DNA of 63,184 nucleotides, counting the filler, from Conidiobolus incongruus B7586 (Eukaryota): the NCBI GenBank assembly GCA_000697335.1. It is 12 parts of 12 records of this genome, joined end to end, with 100 filler letters (N's around TTAATTAATTAA, not from the genome) between each part and the next. Parts side by side here need not be neighbours in the genome. Positions count along the whole stretch, not along the records: positions 50,952 to 53,966 come from JNEM01007156.1; positions 54,067 to 57,836 come from JNEM01007157.1; positions 57,937 to 61,164 come from JNEM01007159.1; positions 61,265 to 63,184 come from JNEM01007161.1; 8 more parts are not named here. One strand, written 5' to 3'. Below the pieces are notes generated by a model, which worked only from the letters and a program-made list of their open reading frames with translations, did not search any database and was not told the origin of the DNA. The position numbers were made by a program, and so were the translations under genes. Below, piece by piece: positions 51,612-63,184 of this stretch (position 1 is the stretch's first letter; each line of letters opens with the position of its first letter).

Positions 51612-52923
51612 TTATTATAGAATTGAAGAAATGGGAAATTTTTTAATTTCTGATTTTTCAAATGTATTATTAGTTTTAAATAAAAAAATATATACAAAAC
51701 TAATAGAAAAATAAATAGTTTTAAATTATATATATATATATATATAATAACTTTTTTGATTAAAAAATAATTTTTTAAAATTAATTATTTAATTTATTCA
51801 TACTTAAACTAAATAGTAACCATCAAAAGTTTTTTATTTTAGTATTAGTAAAACTTAACCATAAACCCTCTAAAATCATTTAAAATTTACAAGTAGCTTT
51901 TGGTAATGAAGTATTATCTCAATCAACAATTTATTGCTATGTAAATTACTTTAAAGTTAAAAAAAACTACCTAAAACCTATCAAAATCTAAAAGACTAAT
52001 TTTAACTCTTACTCTTCTAGTTGTTAATAAAGTAAAAAAATATATTGAAAAACACCTTTTTATTTTAGCTAAAGAATTATCAAAATATATTAATACTAGA
52101 TATATAAGTATTTGATATATATTAAAGTTTAAATTAAAATTAATTAATAAAAATATAAAATAGATATCTTATAATTTAACTAAAGCTTAAAAAAAGTTAG
52201 AGTAGCTATTGTTAAACAAAACTTACTAAGATATAGCTAGAAACCAAGACTTTTACAATGAATTATTATAATTGATAAATCTTGGATTTTTTTATATAAT
52301 CCTTTATCAAAATATAAATTAAGATATTGGATTAAGTTAAATCAACCCTTTTTATAAATTCCTTTAAATAAACACTTTATTGATAAGTGAATATTAATTG
52401 TTATAATGGATTATAATAGCATATGCTATTCTTATTTAGTTTTTAAAGGAAAATCAATTAATAGTAAACTTAATATTTCTTTTAAATAAAACTCTTTTTA
52501 ATTAGTATTCTTAATATAATTTGAGAAAACCTATTATTTTGCATGGTAATTACAAAATACATAAATCTAAAGTTATAAAAAATATTTTAATTAAAAATAA
52601 CTGGAAAAAACTACCATATTTAGTAAATTCCTTAGATTATAACCTATGTGACTATAATTGTTTTAGGCAATTAAAAAACTAGCTTGTAGGAAAGAAAATT
52701 TTTGCAAAAAAATTTAATTAGTTTGTGAAACATCAAATTTCATTCTTTAATAAAAAGAACTGTTTTTTAAGTATTAGATCTTTGTTAAAAGTATAGCAAA
52801 AAGTTATTAGAAATAAAAGAAATTATTAATTTTATATTATATATTTACTTTTACTTTTTATATATTAAAATATTTACTTTTTTTCAATCACAAAAAATTC
52901 CCATTGTTTAAATTACAAATTAA
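51612..52923 (+). mobile_element. Full-length (1312 bp) mariner DD34D element, inactivated
   Basis: TA-flanked imperfect TIRs; remnants IIIIDKSWIFLYNP, IILHGNYKIH and WKKLPYLVNSLDYNLCDY. Confidence 0.95.
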
Positions 52924-54721
52924 TATTATAAATTTATTATTTATTTTAAATTATATAATATCCTTATAATTTTCACTTAATTTATCAATTCCTTTTTTAA
53001 TTTTGTTTTTAATAACTTTATTATTATTTATTTTGATAATATCTTAATCTATTTAAAAATTAAAAAAGAATATATTTAATATGTTAATTAAATCTTATAA
53101 ATTATTCAAGAATATAAATTACTATTAAAGGCTATTCAAATATATTTTTACTATTTTTCTTATTTTTCTCTATAGTTATATTTTTTCTTCTTAAGGAATT
53201 AATATTAATTTAACTAAATTAAATAGTGTAAAGGCTTTTACTATATTTATAAATAAAGATCAACTTATATTTATACTTAGATTATTAAATTACTTTAAAA
53301 ATTTCATTGATTCTTTTATTAAATTTATAACTCTTCTAACTATTTTTTTAAGAAAAGACTTTTTTTTAATAAACCCTATTATATACTTTTTATATAAATG
53401 CTTTAATTTTCTATATTATCAATATTTTTACCCTATATATTTTTAATTTTAAGCTATTTACCATTATTTTCACTATTTTTAATTCTTTTATAATTAGTAA
53501 ATAATTAATTTAATTTAAATCTAATTTAATTCTTACCCCTCAATTATAAAATAAAATAGTAAATAAAGGATAATAAATTAAGTTTAACTTTATAAATATT
53601 ATCTTAAAGTTAATAATATTCTAGTTAAGAAAAATAAAACTAGCTGAATTAAAATACCTAGTTTATAAATAAAAACTCTTTATTTTAATAGAAATAATTA
53701 AAAATCATTTATATTTTTTATTTTATAATTTTTTTAATACTTATAAATCATAAATTACTTATTTATTTAAATACCTAAAAGTATTTATTAAGAAGATAAG
53801 TTAAATAAATTAAAATTATCTAAGCTTATCTTTTTTTATTTATTATCTTTTAAGATAATAAAATTATACTATAAATGTTTTATCAAAAAATCTTACATAT
53901 ATATTTTTTTATTTTAATTGTAAAAACCTAACAAATATTAACAAAATGACTATTAATAAAAAAAATNNNNNNNNNNNNNNNNNNNNNNNNNNNNNNNNNN
54001 NNNNNNNNNNTTAATTAATTAANNNNNNNNNNNNNNNNNNNNNNNNNNNNNNNNNNNNNNNNNNNNAACTTAAAGATTATTAATAAAAGAAATAAAAAAT
54101 TTATTAAATTATTTTAAAAAATATTATTAAATAATAATATCTTTATTTTAATTAAAGAACTCTTTAAATTCTTAAAAAATTAATTAAAATATGTCAAAAA
54201 ATTTAAAATTATTGATAACCTAGTATTTTATAATTATTATTTATATATCTATAATATTTTTAAGATTTAATAAATATTATTTATTATATATTATAACTTA
54301 TCTATTAAAAAATATTAAAATTAGTTAAAGATTGTTAAGAAAATTGAAACAAAGTATTACTAGCTTTCCCTAGTTAAATTGATTTAGAAATACATTAATA
54401 CCTATAATATATATTAAAAATTAAATATAATACCTAATTAAAATATAGTAAACTTATCCCTTTATAAATTTTTAATAAAACTTAATATCAAATCTAATTT
54501 AATTTTATAAAAATTCTTAATTTAACAAATGATTATAATAACTTACTAATTGTTATTAATTTATTCTTTAAATATATTAATTTTATTTTTGATTTCAAAA
54601 CTTTTAGAGTTAAATATATTATATAACTATTATTTTTTAATATCTTTACCTATTATAAAATTTTACCAACTATTATATTTGATAAAGATATATAATTTAA
54701 CTTTTAATTTTAAAAGTCATT

Positions 54722-55119
54722 TGTAAGTGTAGTGGTAGTTAAACCAATATAGTACAAAGGAAGACTTAATATAAAAGTAATGTGCACAGAATATGGTAAT
54801 ACAATGTAGCTGTAGTGTGCAAGTGTAAACAAAGTTTAATTAAGCTTTGAACTAGGATAAGTCACTGATATATTAAGATTTATATTAGGTAGTGCCAATA
54901 TCCTATAATATTAACAAAATATAGTCTCAATCTTAGAAATAATATAAAAGTAAGAAATAGTAAGAATTGAGAGGAAAAAAAAGGAACCTAGTTTATTAGA
55001 TCATTCAATGCTATTTATATAATTAATTTAACTATATAAGTATAAAAAATCATATAATTTATAATTAATTAAATTATATGAAAGTATATATAAGAATTTA
55101 GAGAACTAGTCTTTTAATA
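54722..55119 (-). mobile_element. Solo LTR of family A with 5-bp TSD TCATT
   Basis: Matches 772-1170; TCATT at 54717-54721 and 55120-55124. Confidence 0.95.
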
Positions 55120-55417
55120 TCATTATCTTTTTCTTTTAAAATGAATCTAGTTATGTTTATTATTAATTATCATTAAACTAATAAACTTATTAAAATAATT
55201 ATTAAAATTTTAAAATAAATAATTAATACTTATATTAATACTTATCAATTAAATTAAAATAATTATATTTAATAATTTGAATATTTATTCAATATTTTTA
55301 TTGATAAATCAATAGGTTTTTATTTTTATTTCATCAATTATAACAAATATCTTAATTTAATAGTTATTTTAAAATTTTAAATTAACTTTTCTTTAGATAT
55401 TATTGAACTTTAATTTA

Positions 55418-56734
55418 TTAGTATAGAAATTAAATAATGGCACAATTTTAAGATTAAAATGAAACAAATAAATTAATAAATAATATATAAAAATTAATTA
55501 ATAATATAAAATTAATAGCTTCCTTTATTATTAGTAATTCTTTTCTATATTTCTAGTAAGCTTCTAAAATCTAAAAAATAGTTTTTTTTATTAAGGACTA
55601 AAATTTAATATTTCATAAACTAATTTAATTTATTTGCAGGAATTTTTTTTCTTGCAAGCTATTTTTTTAATTGTCTAAAACAATTACAATCACATAGGTT
55701 ATAATCAGGTGAATATACTAGATATGGTAACTCCCTCCAATTTTTTTATATAATAAATCTTTTATGGCTTTAGTTTTATATATTTTATAATTATCATGCA
55801 AAATAATAGGTGTTTTCAATTTATATTGAGAACATTATTTAGAAATTATTTTATTTAAAAAAGTAATATATAACTTACTATTAATTGATTTTCCTTGAGA
55901 TATTAAATAAAAAAACTATATATCATTAAAATCTATTATAACAATTAATATTCATTTATATTAAAAGTATTTATTCATTAGAATTTATAAAGGGGATTGA
56001 TTTAGCTTAACCTAATATCTTGTTTTATTTTTAGGTAAAGGATTATATAAAGGAATCTAAAATTCATCAATTGTAAGTATTTGTTATAAGAAGCTTTATT
56101 TTTAGTTATACCTTAATAAGTTTAGTTTAGCTATAGCTACTCTAGTTTTCTTTTAGGCCTTTATTAAATTATAAGGTATCTATTTTATATTTTTATTAAT
56201 TAATCCAAGTTTAAACTTAAGTAAATATAACATGCTTATATAATTAATATTAAATTGCTTTGATAGTTCTTTAGCAGAAATAAAAGGGTATTTCTTAATA
56301 TATTTTTTACTCTATTAGTAAGTGAAAGAATAACAATAGCAATTAGTTTTTTAGATTTTGGTAAATTTTGAATAATGTCCCTTCTAGCTTTAAAATCACA
56401 AATCTAGTGATATATAGTAGTTTTAGATAAAACATCATCTCTATAAGCTGTTTGTAAGTTTTAGATGATTTTAGAGGGTTTAGGGTTAAGTTTTAAAGAT
56501 ACAAAAATAAAAGCCTTTTGATAATTATAATCTAGTTTAAGTATGATTAAATTAAAATATAAATTTTAAAATCAAAACATTTTAATAAAAAAATAATTAA
56601 AATTGAATATATATATATAATTTGAAAATATTTATCTTCCTATATATTTTATATATATATAATCATTCAAAATATATAATATATTTGAAAGATCAGAAAT
56701 TAAAAAATTTCCCATTTTTTAATTTCAATATTAA
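55418..56734 (-). mobile_element. Full-length mariner of a diverged subfamily
   Basis: TA-flanked; retains IILHDNY and YSPDYNLCD on the minus strand. Confidence 0.92.
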
Positions 56735-58928
56735 TAATATTAAATATATTAACTTTCTTATTAAATTTAACTTGGAAAAAAATTAAACAATTATAGAATA
56801 ATAATATTGAAAGTTAATTAAAAATCCATTTAAATATAAACTTAGTATATTTATATACTTAAAATAATTTACCTTTAAACTTATCTTACTTAAGTTTAAT
56901 TTAAATCTAAAATACTTATTATTATATTATAATCCTTATAAGATTTAATTTATTAATTTAAATTTTAAAAATATTATTCTAAAATTATCTTTAAATTTAA
57001 GGATTAACCTTATTTTCATATATACAAAATTAAGCTTTATTTTAAAGATTTTGATATATATTTTAAATAATTAAAAGCTTTAAAACTAGATTTCATTATT
57101 AATTAAAATAAAGAAAAAGAATATTATATCAATTATATAATTAAATTCAAACTGATTAGGAATAAGCTTTATTTTTATATAAAATAAATAGGTTATCTTA
57201 TTGAAAAAACTATATAAGAACTTTTAAAAAATATTAAAAATATCTTAATTTATTATACCTATTTATAAAAATTTAAAGAGTATATCTCCTTTAAAAAACT
57301 TATCAAAGGACTATTAAAAGACTAGTTTTTTAAATTCTTATATATATTTCTTTATAATTCAATTAACTATAAATTATATAATTAATTTATACCTTTATAA
57401 TTAAACTAATTATATAAATAACATTGGATTATCTATGAAACTAGGTTTTTTTTCCTTTTAATTCTTATTATTTCTTATTTTTTTTTCACTATTTCCAAGA
57501 TTGAAACTATGTTTTATTAATATTATAATATATTAGCACTATATAATATAAATTTTAATATATTAGTGACTGATCCCAGTTTGAAGCTTAATTAAACTTT
57601 GTTTATATATTCACATTATATCTTATATTTTATTATCATGTTTTATGCTATACTACCCTTATATCAAGTTTTCCTTTATATTATATCAATAATCTTTTAT
57701 TATTATACTTATAAATATTAATAATAATATTTTAATTTTTATTTTAGTTTATTACGGATTTTTTTTAATTAAAGATACTTTTATTAAAATATAGGTTATA
57801 TTTATTCTAATATATAATTTTATAATAATATTATTTNNNNNNNNNNNNNNNNNNNNNNNNNNNNNNNNNNNNNNNNNNNNTTAATTAATTAANNNNNNNN
57901 NNNNNNNNNNNNNNNNNNNNNNNNNNNNNNNNNNNNTTCAATTTCATAATGAAAATATAATAGTATTATATTAATTAATGATATACCAATTTTTAACTTT
58001 CATAATTGAATATTTATTTGAGTGTATTGTGAGGAGTATGTATAATTTGAAATTAATATTGATTCAAACTAATACAATATTGAATTTAGTTTTGTTAGAA
58101 TACACTTTGAACACTATAATAATATTTAAAACGATAAAATATCTAATAACCATTTCAAACCTAATGGAAATATATTTAACATAATCGAACTGTGACACAG
58201 CTCGTTAAACAGTGATACTATTAAGAAAACAGATTATTAAAACAAACAAGTAGAAAACAATATCATTGTATATAATAAATAACAATATTTAATATAATTT
58301 ACTAATAAATTTTTGCATTAAATTAATAAAATCTTTATTTCAAAGATACAATTAATAATCCTGATTAAAATTTGATATTTAAAACACTATATCAACTAAA
58401 AAGTTTGTTCTCAATCTATAAAGGGAAAATAATATTGTAAACTATTAGTGTACAAAAAATTGATTTAAAAAGGTCCCGTATATAATATATAACAAAAGAG
58501 AAGAAAAATATCTTTAATATTAGTTATAATTTAATTTTAATAGCAGTGATTGTCTATATACATCATTTAATTTATATATTTTTAATAATAATTCCGATAT
58601 GATTATTTAAAAACCAGAAAAAACTTTTGGGAATGACTAATATTCATTCTGGTCCTAAACCAATTATCCAATTAATTGGTGTTAAATTGGTTTTAAACTT
58701 AAAAAAATATCGATCCAATTAAATCAAATTGAAATCCATCGATTTTCACACCGATTGGCTAAGGGATATATATTTATATCCACAATTTTCCAGAATCCTA
58801 TTACATCAGTTTCCTTCTAATCTTGCTTTTTCTACTTATTTAATTTACGATTTATTCAAATTCGACTTTAATACTGCTGTCATTGAAATATTTTCATCAT
58901 CGCCTTATTATAAACTGTAAATTGAAAA

Positions 58929-59333
58929 ATGATTCCAGCAAAACAAAACAAAATTGATATTAGTGTAAAATTCTTTATATTTTGCTATCATTATTATACT
59001 AACTTAACAATTAGAAACTAACTGAAGAAGAACAAAAGGCTTTCCGAATGTATGGTAAGCTTCCTACTGGAAAAGATTTATTAGCTCATAAATTCAAGGT
59101 ATGACATTTATTGTTATGTAAAATAAGTGTTAATGTTTTTTTACTTATTAATTTAGGAACGCAAATATTTTGATTCAGGAGACTATGCTATGCAGAAAGC
59201 TGGTAAAAGCGTTCCTGTAGGTTCTGAGCACCCTGCCCCTGATACGATCCCTCATTCAATTCCTTCAACACAAAACTCTAATTTGAGTACTTCGCCTGCA
59301 AAAGAAACTCCACTTCATGAAGCTCAGCATTAA
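58929..59333 (+). CDS. IGO1: Endosulfine/ARPP-19 family protein (Igo1/2); exons 58929-58964, 59015-59098, 59157-59333
   Basis: Spliced MIPAKQNKIDISKLTEEEQKAFRMYGKLP..ERKYFDSGDYAM, containing the Greatwall/Rim15 site FDSGDY. Confidence 0.93.
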
Positions 59334-61482
59334 CTCACTAACTAGAGTTTTATTTCTAATTTCTTGTGACTTGATTATTTTGAGGCTATTTCATTTTTTA
59401 CAATATCGCTAACTTCCAAAATGGTCTTTTCAATTTATTCACATTGAAATCTCTTATTTTTATTGGTATTCCTTATTGCTTGAACTAGGAAATCTAACTC
59501 TGTACTCTCAACTGCCAATTATTAAAGTCACTTTGTATTAACACGTTTTTCACTTGAATTAATTTCATCGTTTTATTGTATATTATATTTGTTTATCTGA
59601 ATATGCAACTACTTTATCATGTCATTATATTTTTATTTATTCTAACGGTTTTAAACTTAATGTAATGTTTAGAAATATTTAGTTCGACAAATGTACCCAG
59701 GTATATTATTTCAGTATTTTATCTATTATAATATTTCAGATATTTATTATTATCTTTTATTTATGACTAATGTATAATATACAACTTTTTTCTATCTACA
59801 AACTAATTCATATAATATACACTCAGCTTTGTCTCTCATTATATTCATTTTAAACCGAATAATAATTTTATTAACAAAATACGGATTTTACAGTTGATAT
59901 TTATTCATTACATCAAATTAAATATATTTCACTTCATATAACAATTAGAATTCATTAAAATCATTTATTTTCATTTTTATTAAAAATATTTATTGCAAAC
60001 TAATTCTAAAATATATTTCAAATAACAATAATGATATACAAATAATAAATACAAGTATTAAGAGATTTATTGAATTAGCAGTTTAATGCAATAAATATAG
60101 TATGAGATTATTAAACTTTTATTGTGTTCCATTTTGAATGACGAATTATATATTTTTATTCATATCTTAAACTTGAAATATTGTATTTAATCTTGGATAA
60201 ATTATTTTGATGGCCTTTTGTATTATTAAAATTAATTCCAAATTATATTTTATTTCAAATATGATACTTAAAAGAATAATTATCAACAATTGGATAGTTA
60301 ATTAATCTGATAAATTATTTATTATATACGAGAGTTTGTTATTGATGTCATTATATTTTTGTGATAATATTTTATTTTGAGTATCTAGTCTGATATTTGT
60401 AATCAATGTGTTTACTTTTGCAAATATCAAGTAAATTTTTAAAATATGAGGATTTAATATTATTCCTATTAAAATTTATAATAAATTATTTTATTTCTTA
60501 AAAATATGACCAATACTATTTATTCATATAATTAAATCATATTTTTATAAATATTTCATTTACTTCAGAATATTAATTTATTTATCATTATTATAGTATT
60601 AAGTTGATTACTATGTTGTTTTAGATATTTCAGTAATAGAGTTCCAACTTAAAATACTTAAGATTGAATATTTTGGAAACTATTTTATGTTATTATTATC
60701 AACTAAAATAACTATATTATATTAATACAGTTTAAAACATTTTAATAATATTTAATAATAATTCAAAATTAATAATAATATGTAATAATTTGATTTGGAA
60801 GATATATTCAATTAAATAAATTATCAATTATATTTAACAACTGGTCTTTATTATTTTAATAACTCAATAAATATAATTAATTATGATTGAATAACTGTAA
60901 TTTATATTTTTTTAATATTAATTCAAGAAGGCTAATAAATTTTTAATTGATAATATAGATTAATAATATGAATGAAAAACCTGAGAAATTATAAAATAAT
61001 AAAAATATTTTAATACAAGCTATACTAAAATAAACAAAACTCTTATTTAATCAAAATATAAATATCATAAAGTTTGTATTTTTAAATTATTTATTGTTAG
61101 AATATTTTATATAACTATATAAACATAATATTAGCTTCTAATATCAAAATTTTTATTTTTATATNNNNNNNNNNNNNNNNNNNNNNNNNNNNNNNNNNNN
61201 NNNNNNNNTTAATTAATTAANNNNNNNNNNNNNNNNNNNNNNNNNNNNNNNNNNNNNNNNNNNNAATTTATTAAAATATCAATGTCAATTTGAATTATTA
61301 ATTATTTTTTTTAATATTAAAAATAAATAATTATATAATATATAATTTATAAATATATATATTTATATATATTATAGAACCAATATTATTTTTTATTATT
61401 AATAATATTGGCCATATTTCTTATAGGTATCTAATATTAAAAAATAATTTTTTATTAAAAATTGATAATGGATATTTAATAT

Positions 61483-61818
61483 TATCACAGGCCAGAGAAC
61501 CTGTTTTTCCTTAACAATTCAATTCATACGAGAACCCCGTCACAGATCCACCTGCAACTTAACCACAAAATACACCCGAGCAATGCAATCAATTGTTCCA
61601 TCCAACATACAGTTTGTACGCTGGGAAGACACGTCAAGCAAACTATAAATATGCCAACTACAACCAAGTTAGCACATAGGTCCTCTTCCTAGGATACAGT
61701 CTAATAATCCAGGTTAAACAATAAATTACCCCTTTTATATCACCAAACAGGTGCTGTCCCAGAAGACAACTATTTATTTAAAAGTTATTAGACACTTGAT
61801 TTCCCATCCAGTGTCAAT
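61483..61818 (+). mobile_element. Possible solo LTR remnant
   Basis: GC-richer non-coding island starting TATCACAGG, with TATAAAT and AATAAA; ends uncertain. Confidence 0.3.
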
Positions 61819-61888
61819 ATTTTAATTAATCTATTTATAAATATTTATTTTTTTAAATTAATTAAATTATTTAAAATTATTATAACTA

Positions 61889-63182
61889 TTACCTTGAATT
61901 TGAAATAAGGGGAAATTTTTTAATTTCTGATTTTTCAAACATATTATTAGTTTGAAATAAATAAATATATACAAAGTTAATAAGAAATTATATATTTTTA
62001 ATATATATATATATAATAATTTTTTTTGATTAAAAAATTAAATTTTTAAAATTGGTTGTTTAATTTAATTATACTTAAATTAAATAATAATTATTAAAAG
62101 CTTTTTATTTTAGTATTAATAATATTTAACTATAAATCCTTTAAAATTATTTAAAGTTTACAAGTAGCTTTTAGTAATGAAGTATTATTTATATTTACAA
62201 TTTATTGTTAGGTAAATTATTTTAAGGTTAAGAGAGAAACTATCTAAAACCTATCAAAATTTAAAAGATTAACTTTAATTATTACTCTTTTAATTATTAA
62301 TAAAATAAAAAAATATATTAAAAAATACTTTTTTTAGTTAAAGAATTATTTAAACACTTTAATATTAGCTTTACAAGTATTATAATATATTAAAGTTTAA
62401 ACTTAAATTAATTAATAAAAAAGTAAAATAAATACTTTATAATTTAACTAAAGCTAAAAAAAAGCTAGAGTAGTTATTATTAAATAAAACTTACTAAAAT
62501 ATTATTAGAAGCTTAAACTTTTATAGCCAATAATTATAATTAATGAATCTTAAATCTTTATATATAATCTTTTATTAAAACACAAATTTAAATATCAAGT
62601 TAAATTAACCCATTTTATAAATTCTTTTAAATAAATATTTTATTAATAAGTGAATATTAATTATTATAATAAATTATAATAGTATATGCTATTCTTATTT
62701 AGTTTTTGAAGGAAAATCAATTAATAATAAACTTTATATTATTTTTTTTAATAAAAGTATTTTTAATTAATATTTTTAATATAATTTAAGAAGACTTATT
62801 TTATATGAAAATTATTAAATATATAAATTTAAAGTTATAAAAAACTTTTTAATTAAAAATAACTAGAGAAAACTACTATATCTAATATATTCTTTAAATT
62901 ATAACCTATATAACTATAATTAATTCAAACAATTAAAAAATTAGCTCACAAAAAAAATTTTTATAAAAAAATTTAATTTGTTTGTAAAACATGAAATTTT
63001 AATCTTTAATAAAAAAAATTATTTATTAAATATTAAATCTTTGTTAAAAATATAGAAAAAAATTATTAATAATAAAAGAAACTATTAAATTTATATTATA
63101 TATTTTTATTTATATTTTATATATTAAAATATTTATTTATTTTTAATTGCAAAAAATTCCCATTATTAAAAATACTAAGTAA
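61889..63182 (+). mobile_element. Full-length degenerate mariner
   Basis: Both TA-flanked termini present; colinear with 51612-52923. Confidence 0.92.
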
Positions 63183-63184
63183 TA

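Larger units (their letters stand above)
50952..57713 (+). mobile_element. Second, more degraded family A chromovirus (RT to 3' LTR) carrying three nested insertions
   Basis: Colinear with the reverse complement of about 772-4370; chromodomain remnant at about 57110-57240; 3' LTR at 57312-57713. Spans one gap. Confidence 0.9.

Overview
A very AT-rich eukaryotic window from a fungus: short GT-AG introns with CTAAC-type branch points and a Zn2Cys6 gene. The composition suggests an early-diverging lineage such as Conidiobolus/Entomophthorales, but that is inference. Contigs are joined by N-TTAATTAATTAA-N spacers, so adjacency across gaps is unproven. Genes: a glutathione peroxidase, a 7TM GPCR, an Ede1/Eps15-like EH protein, a disabled Ind1/NUBPL, a SUMO-like ORF without the diglycine, two near-identical inverted Gly/Tyr/Asp-rich secreted-protein genes, a His/Gly/Gln-rich orphan, a Zn2Cys6 transcription factor and an endosulfine (Igo1). 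Much of the rest is nested transposons: two chromovirus (Ty3/Gypsy) families, a DD34D mariner (about 10 copies or fragments), an IR/DR-type Tc1, a MITE and solo LTRs. The main signal is a RIP-like C>T/G>A hypermutation. It has destroyed almost every repeat, appears to have acted in repeated rounds, and has hit a host gene (Ind1: nonsense codon plus lost splice donor). It spares a young retroelement and a 664-bp inverted gene duplicate.
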